Source of the DNA: Thalassolituus hydrocarboniclasticus
GTDB lineage: Bacteria; Pseudomonadota; Gammaproteobacteria; Pseudomonadales; Oceanobacteraceae
DNA: 64,000 nt
NCBI RefSeq assembly: GCF_025345565.1
Contig: NZ_CP054475.1
Location: 67,845 to 131,844, forward strand
Direction of reading: 5' to 3'
Below, one piece after another: positions 37,746-47,343 of this stretch (position 1 is the first letter of the stretch; every line of letters begins with the position of its first letter). Position numbers and translations under genes: made by a program. Under the pieces are notes generated by a model that saw nothing but the letters and a program-made list of their open reading frames with translations, was not told the DNA's origin and ran no database searches.

Positions 37746-38627
37746 TCAGTGTGGTTTGCGTTCCGGAAACAGTTCCTCGACCTGCGGCCGGTCGAAGACG
37801 TAGTTCTGCTGGCAAAACTCACAGGTGATATCGATCTTGCCGTTTTCTTCAATCATGCTGTTCAGCTCGTCGTAACCCATCTGATGCAGGGCGTTGGCGA
37901 TGCGTGGCTTGGAGCAGGTGCAGAAGAAGCTCAGCTCTGAGGTCGGGTAAATACGGGTCTGCTCCTCGTGGAACAGGCGGTGCAGTACGGTGGCGGCATC
38001 CAGTCCCAGCAGTTCGTCGTTACGGATGGTGGAGGCCAGGTGGCTGACCCTGTCCCAGGCATCGGTATCGGTGACCTGACCGGCGGGCGTCGGCATTTTC
38101 TGCAGCATCAGCGCGGCGGCGGTCTGACCGTCACAGGCCAGCCAGAAGTGGCTGCCGAGCTGTTCAGACTGAGTGAAGTACTCTTCCAGCGCCTGGGCGA
38201 TATTGCCGCCATTAATGCTGACAATGCCCTGATAGCGCTGGCCCTGTTCCGGTTCAATGGTGATCACCAGCTGACCATCGTCAAAGCGCAGTTCGCTGTC
38301 GCCGGCGCTCTCATCGTAACGGGCGATGGCGCGCAGCTGGCCTTTTTCGTTGGTTTCAGCCTGCAGTAAGGTGACGTTGCCCGGCAGGCGCATCTGCAGG
38401 GTCAGGCGCCCGGCAAATTTCAGGCTGGCGCTGAGCAGAGCGGTCGCGGCCATCAGTTCACCGACGGCAATGGCAATGCGCGGCGGGTACTGGTGGCGGC
38501 GCAGCACTTCGCGGTAGCTGTCCTGCAGGTGGGTAATCTCACCGCGGATGTCGGTGTTGTCGAAGCTGAAACGCTGCAGTGTATCGCGGCTGGTATTGCT
38601 CATATCAGTAATCCTGGTTGTGCTCAA
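37746..38627 (-). CDS. hslO: Redox-regulated chaperone Hsp33 (HslO)
   Basis: C-terminal zinc centre CTCS…CEFCQ. Hsp33 family N-domain. It overlaps the end of hslR, as in E. coli. Confidence 0.9.
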   Translation of the reverse strand: MSTTRITDMSNTSRDTLQRFSFDNTDIRGEITHLQDSYREVLRRHQYPPRIAIAVGELMAATALLSASLKFAGRLTLQMRLPGNVTLLQAETNEKGQLRAIARYDESAGDSELRFDDGQLVITIEPEQGQRYQGIVSINGGNIAQALEEYFTQSEQLGSHFWLACDGQTAAALMLQKMPTPAGQVTDTDAWDRVSHLASTIRNDELLGLDAATVLHRLFHEEQTRIYPTSELSFFCTCSKPRIANALHQMGYDELNSMIEENGKIDITCEFCQQNYVFDRPQVEELFPERKPH

Positions 38628-39003
38628 AGCGGCGCATATCGCGGCGCTCTTTCTTGTTGGGTTTGTGGTCGGGCACCTGCATGGAGGCTTTCATAATGCG
38701 CCGCCGTTCGCTTTCATCCATGCGCTGTTTAATGCTTTCCGGGGTTTCTTCGTACAACAACCGGGCTTCCGGTGCGCCACGGCGCTGATCGGACAGCGCG
38801 GTGATCAGCACTTCTTTCTGGTCGAAGCCCTGACGGATATTGAGGCGGGCACCCAGTTCGGCGGTTTTGCTGACCTTGCAGCGCTGGCCGTCGACATGCA
38901 CCTTGCCGCCTTCAATGGCGGCCTTGGCCAGTGCGCGGGTTTTAAAAAAGCGTGCGGCCCAGAGCCATTTGTCGAGACGGATCTTTTCTTTGTTGTCAGT
39001 CAT
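38605..39003 (-). CDS. hslR: Ribosome-associated heat-shock protein Hsp15 (HslR), S4 domain
   Basis: RLDKWLWAARFFKTRALAKAAIEGGKVHVDGQRCK S4 motif. Basic C-tail. Confidence 0.85.
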   Translation of the reverse strand: MTDNKEKIRLDKWLWAARFFKTRALAKAAIEGGKVHVDGQRCKVSKTAELGARLNIRQGFDQKEVLITALSDQRRGAPEARLLYEETPESIKQRMDESERRRIMKASMQVPDHKPNKKERRDMRRFEHNQDY

Positions 39004-39006
39004 ATC

Positions 39007-39663
39007 TTAAAAATCCAGCTCATCAAAATGATGAATGCCGGGGAAGCGGCTGTCGGTATTGGGTTCTTTCTGGCTGTCGGGATGGAAAATCGCCAGCAGG
39101 AAAGCGATGCCCCAGCGGGCGGCGGATTCTAGCACAGGCTGGCTGTCATCAATCAGCAGGGTGCGGGCCGGATCGAAGCATTCATCACGGTGCAGGTGAT
39201 CCCAAAATGCCTGACTTTCTTTCGGCTCGCGGTAATCGTGGGAGCTGATGACGCGGTCGACCAGCTGATCAAGGCCGGTTCGCTCCATTTTCAGGTTTAC
39301 GCTGTCACGGTGGGCGTTGGTGACGATCACGGTGCGCTTGCCCAGCTGTTTCAGGCGGGCGAGGAAATCCTGTACGTGCGGGCGGAAACCGATCTTATGC
39401 TGTACGTCGCGCTTCAGCTCGGCGATCGGCAGGCCGGTGAGTTCGGTCCAGTAATCGAGGCAATACCAGTCGAGGGTGCCGCGCAGGCCGACAAAGCTTT
39501 TGTTCAGCTCGGCCAGTGCTTCTTCCTCGCTCAGACCGTGCTGCTGGGCGTAGACCGCCGGCAGGTGGTCGAGCCAGAAATAATTGTCGAAATGCAGATC
39601 CAGCAGAGTGCCATCCATGTCCAGCAGCACGGTATCAATTTGTTGCCAGTTGGTCAGGCTCAT
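39007..39663 (-). CDS. yrfG: HAD-family GMP/IMP nucleotidase YrfG
   Basis: HAD motif I LLDMDGTL, KxnD motifs, and synteny yrfG–hslR–hslO–pckA. Confidence 0.8.
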   Translation of the reverse strand: MSLTNWQQIDTVLLDMDGTLLDLHFDNYFWLDHLPAVYAQQHGLSEEEALAELNKSFVGLRGTLDWYCLDYWTELTGLPIAELKRDVQHKIGFRPHVQDFLARLKQLGKRTVIVTNAHRDSVNLKMERTGLDQLVDRVISSHDYREPKESQAFWDHLHRDECFDPARTLLIDDSQPVLESAARWGIAFLLAIFHPDSQKEPNTDSRFPGIHHFDELDF

Positions 39664-39707
39664 AGGGTTATACTCGCAATCGGAATGTCTATTAAAACAG
39701 GGCTGTT

Positions 39708-40274
39708 ATGCATAAAAAACCACAGATTTTGCAGCGTCATCTGGTGGCGCAGAGCCGTTTGTTCCGGGTGGAATCTTTTGATCTGCGCTTCAGCAATGGT
39801 GTTGAGCGGACCTATGAGCGTCTGATGCCCGGAGGAAGCGGCGCAGTGATGCTGGTCGCACTGCTGGATAACGATACGATTGCCCTGATCCGGGAATATG
39901 GGGGCGGAATTGAAGATTACACCCTCACGTTGCCAAAAGGTGCCATTGATCTGGGCGAGAGTCTGCGTGATGCCTGCAACCGTGAGCTGCAGGAAGAAAT
40001 CGGCTATGGCGCGCGGGAGTTTATTCACCTGAAAAAACTCAGCCTGTCACCCAGCTATATGAGTGGTGGTATCGATGTGGTGGTGGCCCGCGACCTGTAC
40101 GAGTCGAAGCTCGAAGGTGATGAACCGGAGCCGCTGGAACTGGTGCCGTGGAAGCTGAACAATCTGCACGAACTGTACAGTCGCGAAGACTGCACCGAAG
40201 GCCGGGCGATTGCTGCGCTGGCACTGGCGCAGGAATTTCTGGCCGGGCGTTTTGACGGTGAAGTGCTGGCCTGA
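39708..40274 (+). CDS. nudE: ADP-compounds hydrolase NudE (Nudix)
   Basis: Aligns with E. coli NudE (…SRLFRVESFDLRFSNGVERTYERL…IREY…). Nudix box GxxDxGESxxDAxxRELQEEIG. Confidence 0.8.
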   Translation: MHKKPQILQRHLVAQSRLFRVESFDLRFSNGVERTYERLMPGGSGAVMLVALLDNDTIALIREYGGGIEDYTLTLPKGAIDLGESLRDACNRELQEEIGYGAREFIHLKKLSLSPSYMSGGIDVVVARDLYESKLEGDEPEPLELVPWKLNNLHELYSREDCTEGRAIAALALAQEFLAGRFDGEVLA

Positions 40275-40280
40275 GACTGC

Positions 40281-42728
40281 TCAGGCGTGATGACTGGCAG
40301 GCAGGAAGTCGGCAATCACTTTGCCCAGGGTGTCGAGTTTAATGGGCTTGCTGATAAAACCGTTCATGCCGGCGGCCAGGCAGCGCTCTTTGTCTTCCAG
40401 CATGGCGTTGGCGGTCAGCGCGATGATCGGAATGTGGTTTTTATGGCTGCTGAGGTCACGGATACGCTCCGTCGCGGTAATGCCATCCATCACCGGCATG
40501 TTTACATCCATCAGTACCAGGTCGTAATCGTGGCTCAGCACTTCGGTGATGGCCTGCTCGCCGTTGGCCACCGTAGTGCATTGCAGCCCTAAGCGGCTCA
40601 GCATGCGCTCAGCAATTCTCTGGTTCACGCTGTTGTCTTCTGCCAGCAGTACCCGCCCCAGCAGCCGGCGTTCCTGTTTTATAGCGGGTGGTTGCTTCAC
40701 GGCTTCCGGCATATGCCCTTCATGCAGCGATAACTGCAGCACAAAAGTACTGCCGTGGCCGATTTCTGAGCTGAGGCTGATATCACCGTCCATGGCCCTG
40801 GCCAGATGGCGGCTGATGGTCAGACCCAGACCAGTCCCCCCATATTTGCGGCTGGTGCTGGTATCGGCCTGCTTGAAGGCCGAGAAAATCTGATCGGTTT
40901 TATCGGGCGCAATGCCAATACCACTGTCGCGTACCTCAATGCTCAGCAGATAGCGGAAGTCTTCCTGCTGTTGGCCGCTGACGCGGATTTCAATGCGGCC
41001 TTTCTCGGTAAACTTCAGCGCATTGCTGAGCAGGTTGGTGATGATCTGGCGCACCCGTTTAGGATCGCCGCGCCAGTTGGCGGGCAGGCCAGAGTCGTAG
41101 TAATAGACCAGCGATAAACCTTTACGCCGCACAGGCTCGTTAAACAACTGATAGATGTCGGTAATCAGGCGGTTAAGGTCGAAATCAATCTGTTCGATCT
41201 CAAGGTTGCCGGACTCAATCTTCGACAGATCGAGAATGTCGTTAATGATATCGAGCAGGGCATGGGATGAGTTATGAATAATATCCAGATAATGACGCTG
41301 ATCTTCTGACAGCGCTGAGTCGAGCAGCAGTTCGCTGGCGCCGAGAATGCCGTTCATTGGCGTGCGGATTTCATGGCTCATATTGGCCAGGAAAATCGAT
41401 TTACTGCGGTTCGCGCTTTCTGCCTGCTCCAGCGCCTCGCGGATTCGCTCGTTGGCCGCTTCCAGCGCGCGCTGGTTGGCGACGGCTTCGGTAATGTCGA
41501 GACCAGCGAGTAATACTTCCTGATGACTGCCGTTGCTGATGCGGGTCAGGCGCCAGCTGATGATTGATTCTTTGCCGCTGGCGGACACCAGCGGAAATTC
41601 TGAGGCCAGGCTGCCGGCGTGACTGCCCAGCAATTGCTGCCAGTCATGGCTCAGGCGTGCGGCATGGGTTTTTGGCAGCAGATAACTGAGCGGTTGTTTG
41701 GACAGCTGCTTTCTGTCCATCTGCAGCAGATCCTGCACCGGCTGGTTGATGCGCAGAATATTGCCCTGCTGATCGCACACCAGCAGCAGGGTCTGCATGG
41801 AATCGAAATAGGCTCTTACCCGCTGTTGTTCGGCGCGCAGCTTGCCTTCCATATGATGGCGCTTGGTGATGTCGTCACCGGTCAGCAGGATGTAGTCACG
41901 TCCACCCAGATGCCAGGGTTGGGCATGCAGGGCCCAGCGGCTTTCTTCGCCGTCGCGGCCGATCAGTGTGCATTCAAAATCGATCAGAGTCCGGCTCTCC
42001 AGTGCCTGCTGCAGATAGCGGGCGATCTGGGGACGTTCCTCTTCGGGCTGAATTGCCGATAAGCGTTGCTCGCGGTCGCTGTCAAACAACTCCATAAAAC
42101 GCGGATTGGCATCAAGAATCAGTTGCTGGGCACTGAGGCGTACGGCAATGCCACTCATATGCTCCCAGCTCAGGCTGTGCTGCAGATTCTGACGATCGAG
42201 CTGGTCGCGCAAGGGTCTGACAATATGATGAAAACCGGCGAACAGAACGATAATCACGGCCAGATTTGCCAGAGCCGCGCCAATCCAGCCCCGCAGGTAG
42301 TGCTGGCGCAGCTGAGAGAGGGATTTACTGAGAACCATGCCCTGATTGTCAGTCAGCGGCTGCAGGTAGAGCAGGTAGGGGAGGTGCTTCTCTGTGGTCT
42401 GTTGCAGGCCGGCTATTCCGCGAGCGGCCTGTATTACCGCTGCGTCAGTGATACCTGGCTGTGGCGGTAACAGGAGACTGACGTTATCGCCACTCAGGGT
42501 GCCGGTTTGCAGTGACAGTCCCTGACTGCGCAGATAACCGAGCTCTGCTGCTGTGGGAAGACTGCCGGGATTGAGTTGCCACTGTTGCCGCAGATTGCCC
42601 GCCAGACGCTGCAATTCATTCTGCTGGTGTTTTACCTCAGACAGATACAGCATCAGGCCGGTAACAACAGTGATCATCAGCGTTGACGCCAGCGCGAGCA
42701 TCCAGAGGTATTTAATGTGGCGGCTCAT
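40281..42728 (-). CDS. Hybrid sensor histidine kinase: N-terminal TM/periplasmic region, PAS domains, HisKA+HATPase_c, and a C-terminal receiver. No cognate regulator is adjacent. The start is reassigned to MSRHIK….
   Basis: H-box MSHEIRTPMNGILG. N, G1 and G2 boxes. The REC domain has D…DLVLMDVNMPVMDG. RBS aaaggacgcactATG. Confidence 0.85.
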   Translation of the reverse strand: MSRHIKYLWMLALASTLMITVVTGLMLYLSEVKHQQNELQRLAGNLRQQWQLNPGSLPTAAELGYLRSQGLSLQTGTLSGDNVSLLLPPQPGITDAAVIQAARGIAGLQQTTEKHLPYLLYLQPLTDNQGMVLSKSLSQLRQHYLRGWIGAALANLAVIIVLFAGFHHIVRPLRDQLDRQNLQHSLSWEHMSGIAVRLSAQQLILDANPRFMELFDSDREQRLSAIQPEEERPQIARYLQQALESRTLIDFECTLIGRDGEESRWALHAQPWHLGGRDYILLTGDDITKRHHMEGKLRAEQQRVRAYFDSMQTLLLVCDQQGNILRINQPVQDLLQMDRKQLSKQPLSYLLPKTHAARLSHDWQQLLGSHAGSLASEFPLVSASGKESIISWRLTRISNGSHQEVLLAGLDITEAVANQRALEAANERIREALEQAESANRSKSIFLANMSHEIRTPMNGILGASELLLDSALSEDQRHYLDIIHNSSHALLDIINDILDLSKIESGNLEIEQIDFDLNRLITDIYQLFNEPVRRKGLSLVYYYDSGLPANWRGDPKRVRQIITNLLSNALKFTEKGRIEIRVSGQQQEDFRYLLSIEVRDSGIGIAPDKTDQIFSAFKQADTSTSRKYGGTGLGLTISRHLARAMDGDISLSSEIGHGSTFVLQLSLHEGHMPEAVKQPPAIKQERRLLGRVLLAEDNSVNQRIAERMLSRLGLQCTTVANGEQAITEVLSHDYDLVLMDVNMPVMDGITATERIRDLSSHKNHIPIIALTANAMLEDKERCLAAGMNGFISKPIKLDTLGKVIADFLPASHHA

Positions 42729-42771
42729 AGTGCGTCCTTTGCCGAAGTCCCTTAACAATAGATGCTTGTGG

Positions 42772-43455
42772 TCAGACAATCCAAGGCAATACCAGCGCAT
42801 GCAGCGTTGCCGTGAGCGTCATGGCCATTGCCGCATAAGCCGATTGTTGTGGCCCTAACTCCAATGCACGACTGGTGCCAATTGCGTGGGCACAGATGCC
42901 CAGTGTCAGACCCAGTGTCTGGGGTTCATCCATGCGCAGCAGTTTCAGCAGGGGTGGAATCATCAGTGCTCCGAGAATACCGGTAACGATAACAAAAGCA
43001 GAGGCCAGTGCACTGATACCACCAACCTGCTCACTGATGGCGACGGCAACCGGCGTGGTAATGGATTTCGCACTGATTGTGCGGGTGATGGCGTCATCGC
43101 CAATCCAGAAGTGTGCCAGCAACACCGCACAGGCTACGGTGGTGCCACTGCCCAGAGTAACGGCCAGTGCGATACGCAGCCATTGTTTACGCATGGTATG
43201 AATAAACTGATACAGCGGCACCGCCAGCATAACCACCACCGGTCCCAGCATCTGATGCAGGTAATCGCCACCCTGCATGTAGGTAACGTAAGAGACGCCG
43301 CTTAATTCCAGACAGGAAACGACCAGAACAATCCCGGTCAGAATCGGTGGGATAAAGGCATTGTTACCTGTGCGGCGATAGAGTTGTTGGCCGGCCAGGA
43401 AAGCCGCTATCGTCAGTGCGGCCCAGAATAATGGCAGGCTGAGCAGTTGGGTCAT
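42772..43455 (-). CDS. LrgB/CidB-family membrane protein (YohK-like)
   Basis: Polytopic membrane protein with LrgB family signature regions. Overlaps lrgA by 4 nt. Confidence 0.8.
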   Translation of the reverse strand: MTQLLSLPLFWAALTIAAFLAGQQLYRRTGNNAFIPPILTGIVLVVSCLELSGVSYVTYMQGGDYLHQMLGPVVVMLAVPLYQFIHTMRKQWLRIALAVTLGSGTTVACAVLLAHFWIGDDAITRTISAKSITTPVAVAISEQVGGISALASAFVIVTGILGALMIPPLLKLLRMDEPQTLGLTLGICAHAIGTSRALELGPQQSAYAAMAMTLTATLHALVLPWIV

Positions 43456-43790
43456 GAGCCTGATTTACCTCCCTTGCGCATAATCAGCGCACAGACCAGT
43501 GCACCGGGAATAAGACTGACGGCAAGAATGATCAGCAGGGCCGGGCCATGTTCGGCCAGCAATTGTTTCTGGGTGATGATGCCAACACTGACAGGAATCA
43601 GAAACAGTGGCAGTAAGGGGGACAACGTCTGGGTGATGCGCTGCAGATTATCCGGTGTTTTGCCGCGCAGAATCAGCGCCAGCAATAACAGCAGCATACC
43701 AACAATGGATGCCGGAACAGGAAGATGCAGCAGTGTTTGTAACAGAGACCCCAGCAGCAGAAAGATCAGCAGGGTAAGGAGGCCGGACAT
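43452..43790 (-). CDS. LrgA/CidA holin-like protein (YohJ-like)
   Basis: 112 aa with four TM helices. Typical LrgA sequence (…LLQxLLHLPVPASIVGMLLLL…). Confidence 0.8.
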   Translation of the reverse strand: MSGLLTLLIFLLLGSLLQTLLHLPVPASIVGMLLLLLALILRGKTPDNLQRITQTLSPLLPLFLIPVSVGIITQKQLLAEHGPALLIILAVSLIPGALVCALIMRKGGKSGS

Positions 43791-43809
43791 GCGTCTGCTC
43801 CTGAAAAGT

Positions 43810-43894
43810 TGGTGCGGAAGGAGAGACTCGAACTCTCACGCCGTGAAGCGCTGGAACCTAAATCCAGTGTGTCTACCAATTTCACCACTTCCGC
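43810..43894 (-). tRNA. tRNA-Leu (anticodon UAG), 85 nt including the encoded CCA
   Basis: Cloverleaf folded by hand. Acceptor GCGGAAG/CTTCCGC. Anticodon stem CTGGA/TCCAG with loop TTTAGGT. Long variable arm. T-arm GAGAG-TTCGAGT-CTCTC. Discriminator A plus CCA. Confidence 0.88.
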
Positions 43895-44026
43895 GATTCA
43901 GGGCGCGGATATTATACAACTCAGATGCACTTGCCAAGGGCTGCTCCCCGGCTTGCGGTACGGAAATTGTCGTACTGGTGCTGCAGGGGGGCGCTCGTGT
44001 ATGGTGCCTTTTTTTGCACACAGGGA

Positions 44027-45049
44027 ATGGCGATGCCTTCTGATAACCGACTGGCCAGCAGTATCCTGCTGAGCGCTGCCGCCGTGGTGATTGTAATTGC
44101 CGGCATTAAAAGTGCGGCGGCGATGCTGGTTCCTTTCTTACTGGCGGTATTTATCGCGGTGCTCAGTGCGCCGCTGTTGCGCTGGCTGATCCGGCATAAA
44201 GTGCCTGAAGTTCTGGCGGTTCTGTTGCTGGTGGTTGGCTTCCTGCTGCTCGGCACTATGCTGGCGTCTTTTGTCGGCGGTACGCTGACGGCATTTTATA
44301 AAGACATGCCGCTGTACGAGCAGAAGTTACAGACGCTGACCAGTCATGGTGTGACCTGGCTGCGCAGTCTGGGCGTGGAAGTGGCCGACAATGTGATCCG
44401 CGAATACGTTAACCCCGGCGTCGTGATGCGCACGGTGGCCTCGGTGTTTAATGGTCTTGGCGGCGTACTGACCAACACCTTCCTGATCCTGTTCACGGTG
44501 ATCTTTATTCTGCTTGAAGCGTCCAGCTTTCCGGCCAAGGTGAAGCGCGCTTTTGGTGAAGAGACTCAGGCCTTTGCCCACTTTGAGCGTTTTTCCGAAG
44601 CGGTGCAGCAGTATCTGATGATTAAAACCGTGGTCAGTTTCGGTACCGGTCTGACCGTCGGTCTGTTACTGGCGCTTATCGGTGTCGATTACTGGGCGCT
44701 GTGGGCGCTGGTCGCTTTTCTGCTGAATTACATCCCCAATATCGGTTCTATTATTGCCGCCATTCCGGCGGTGCTGATTGCCTTGATTCAGATCGGGCCA
44801 GGTGCTGCTCTTCTGACCGCCGGGGTTTATGTGCTGGTGAATACATTGTTCGGCAATGTGATTGAGCCGCGGTTGATGGGGCGCTCGCTGGGGTTGTCGA
44901 CGCTGGTGGTGTTTCTGTCGCTGGTGTTCTGGGGCTGGATTCTCGGGCCGGTAGGTATGCTGCTGTCCATACCTCTGACCATGGTGGTGAAAATCGCGCT
45001 GGAAACCCGGCCGCAGTCACGCTGGATCGCGACCCTGCTTGATCACTGA
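44027..45049 (+). CDS. AI-2E family transporter (PerM/YhhT-like membrane protein). The start is reassigned to ATG 44027.
   Basis: Seven or eight TM helices. Conserved C-terminal region …LGxxGxLLSIPLTxVVKIxLE…. Confidence 0.8.
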   Translation: MAMPSDNRLASSILLSAAAVVIVIAGIKSAAAMLVPFLLAVFIAVLSAPLLRWLIRHKVPEVLAVLLLVVGFLLLGTMLASFVGGTLTAFYKDMPLYEQKLQTLTSHGVTWLRSLGVEVADNVIREYVNPGVVMRTVASVFNGLGGVLTNTFLILFTVIFILLEASSFPAKVKRAFGEETQAFAHFERFSEAVQQYLMIKTVVSFGTGLTVGLLLALIGVDYWALWALVAFLLNYIPNIGSIIAAIPAVLIALIQIGPGAALLTAGVYVLVNTLFGNVIEPRLMGRSLGLSTLVVFLSLVFWGWILGPVGMLLSIPLTMVVKIALETRPQSRWIATLLDH

Positions 45050-45133
45050 GCGGTGCAGTGAGTACATGAGCAAAGAAGGGTAAAAACACTGCCGGCCATC
45101 GGGCTGGCGGCGCTAGACTGGGCGCAACGGAGG

Positions 45134-45838
45134 ATGGCGATGAAATCGATTCTGCTGGTTGATGATGATTACGAACTGGGCGAGCTGTTGCAGGAATACC
45201 TGTCGATGGAAGGTTTTGCCCTGACCGCCGTGCAGGACGGAGAAACCGGTCTGCAGCGGGCTTTAAGCGGCGATTACGATCTGGTGTTGCTGGATGTAAT
45301 GCTGCCGAAAATGAACGGCTTTGAAGTGCTGAAAAAGCTGCGCACCGAGTCTTCCCTGCCGGTGATTATGCTGACCGCGCGTGGCGAAAGTGTCGACCGC
45401 GTGCTCGGTCTTGAGCATGGTGCTGATGATTATATTCCCAAGCCCTACCACCACCATGAACTGGTGGCGCGGATTAAGGCTCTGTTTCGCCGTATTGACC
45501 TGTCGGCCGAGCCGCCGGGCAAAGGTACGGTCACCACGCTGAATGTGGGTGAGCTGCAGCTGAACACCACGCGCCGGGTCGTAACTCTGGATGGTGTCGA
45601 GCTGGCGCTTACCGGTGCCGAATTCGGCGTACTGCATTGCATGATGGAGCACGTTGGTGAACTGGTGGATAAAGACACGCTGTCACTGGCCGCACTGGGT
45701 CGTCCGCTGATGGCTTATGACCGCTCGATTGATATGCACGTCAGTAATCTGCGTAAAAAACTGGGCCGCCGTGCCGATGATTCCGACTGGATTAAAACGG
45801 TACGTTCGCGTGGCTATATGCTGGTCAGTCCGGAATAA
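45134..45838 (+). CDS. cpxR: OmpR-family response regulator CpxR
   Basis: About 50% identity to E. coli CpxR by eye (ILLVDDD.EL..LL.E.L.MEGF…D..LLDVM.PK.NG…PVIMLTARG…DRVLGLE.GADDY.PKP…ELVARI.A..RR…RAIDMH.SNLR.KL…RGRGY). Confidence 0.8.
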   Translation: MAMKSILLVDDDYELGELLQEYLSMEGFALTAVQDGETGLQRALSGDYDLVLLDVMLPKMNGFEVLKKLRTESSLPVIMLTARGESVDRVLGLEHGADDYIPKPYHHHELVARIKALFRRIDLSAEPPGKGTVTTLNVGELQLNTTRRVVTLDGVELALTGAEFGVLHCMMEHVGELVDKDTLSLAALGRPLMAYDRSIDMHVSNLRKKLGRRADDSDWIKTVRSRGYMLVSPE

Positions 45839-45864
45839 TTATCCCTTCTAATACAGGCTCGCGC

Positions 45865-47196
45865 ATGCGCTGGTACCGCTCGTTATTCTTTAAAATTTTC
45901 CTCTGGTTCTGGGGGGTGATTTTCCTTTCTATGTGGGCAGCGGTGCTGACCAATGAGTGGATTGAGGATGATTACTTCCGCCCGGCAACTCAGCCGGAAG
46001 CGATGCACCTGGTGCATATGATGGATCGCGAGCGGCCGATCGTGGCTGAAAGCCGTAAGCTGTGGCGCAAGATGCGCCCTGGCTGGAATCTGGTGGCTGT
46101 GCCGGTGGATATGATCAGCCAGCTGCCCCACGATCTGGAAGAGTTTGCCGATGAAGCGGGGGAAGCGGATCAGATTCTGTGGGGACAAAATGACGGCTGG
46201 CTGATGATCGGGCCGTTGCAGCGCCAGGGCTATCTCTATATCGCTGTAGCCCGTAAAGAATGGCAGAGTGTGCTGAACAATGAAGACCGCTGGCTGGTAC
46301 CGCTGGCGATTGTGGTCGTGGTTACCCTACTGTGCTTTGTGCTGGTGTGGAGTCTGACCCGGCCTATCCGTCGTCTGCAGCGTACGGTACGTCAGCTGGC
46401 GCAGGGCAACTTCGATGTCTCCGGGCTGCGTCAGGATCTGCACCGCCATGATGAAATCGGCATGCTGGCCAGTGAAGTGGTGGATATGGCCGATGCTCTG
46501 CAGCGCCTGCTGCACAGTCACCAGCAACTGCTGCGCGATGTATCCCACGAATTACGTTCGCCATTAACCCGCCTGCAGATTGCTCTTGGTATTGCCCGCA
46601 AAAAAGATCAGCAGCAGATTCTGGCAGCAGAACATGACCGGATCGAACGCGCCGTTGGTCAGGTCGATGGCCTGGTTGGGCAGATTCTCGATCTGGCGCG
46701 CCTGCAGCAAACCGACAGCCAGCAGCTGCAGACAAGCCGCTCAGGTCTTGGCGCACAGTTGCGGATCTGGCTGCAGAATGCCGACGTTGAGCTTGAAGAA
46801 AAACACCTGCAATTGGTGTTCAAAGAACCCACCGCTGCCCTGACATGTGACTGGGACTGGATGCTGGTTGAGCGTGCTTTCGACAACCTGCTGCGTAACG
46901 CCATCCGTTTTGCACCACAGGGCTCAGAGCTGTTTGTCGGCGTTGATGTCCGCGCCGAATATGCAGAATTGTGGGTGCAGGATCAGGGACCGGGCGTTCC
47001 TGAGGAAGAATTGCTGCGGATTTTTGATCCTTTTACCCAAGTTGATTCCGCCCGTGATCATGCTGCCGGAGGCTATGGTATCGGTCTGGCGCTGGTAAAG
47101 CGTATCGTTGAGCTGCATGACGGCAGCGTTCGCGCCGAAAACCGTTCTCCCGGTCTGCGTGTAACCATGAGGCTGCCTGTGCAGCCTCAAACCTGA
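45865..47196 (+). CDS. cpxA: Envelope-stress sensor histidine kinase CpxA
   Basis: Matches E. coli CpxA at the HAMP/H-box (QQLL.D.SHELRTPLTRLQ) and ATPase domain (GPGV…E..IF.PF.R.D.AR…GG.GLGLA.V). Two TM segments. Confidence 0.8.
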   Translation: MRWYRSLFFKIFLWFWGVIFLSMWAAVLTNEWIEDDYFRPATQPEAMHLVHMMDRERPIVAESRKLWRKMRPGWNLVAVPVDMISQLPHDLEEFADEAGEADQILWGQNDGWLMIGPLQRQGYLYIAVARKEWQSVLNNEDRWLVPLAIVVVVTLLCFVLVWSLTRPIRRLQRTVRQLAQGNFDVSGLRQDLHRHDEIGMLASEVVDMADALQRLLHSHQQLLRDVSHELRSPLTRLQIALGIARKKDQQQILAAEHDRIERAVGQVDGLVGQILDLARLQQTDSQQLQTSRSGLGAQLRIWLQNADVELEEKHLQLVFKEPTAALTCDWDWMLVERAFDNLLRNAIRFAPQGSELFVGVDVRAEYAELWVQDQGPGVPEEELLRIFDPFTQVDSARDHAAGGYGIGLALVKRIVELHDGSVRAENRSPGLRVTMRLPVQPQT

Positions 47197-47343
47197 TCTG
47201 GCTCAGTTAAAAAGAGGGAAGCGCCGGATTAGCTGGAAAAAGCAATAGGTTTTTGGTAGAAAGTACGACCCTTATGCCCCCTGTGTTCTGGACGATGCGG
47301 CACAGCTGGCTTTTAAATAAAGTGAAGAGACTGGACAAGTACT

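Noticed and set aside
43791-43925. Looked for an integrase or att-site duplication next to tRNA-Leu
   Set aside because: No integrase ORF, no 3'-tRNA direct repeat found by eye. Flanking genes are conserved housekeeping genes.
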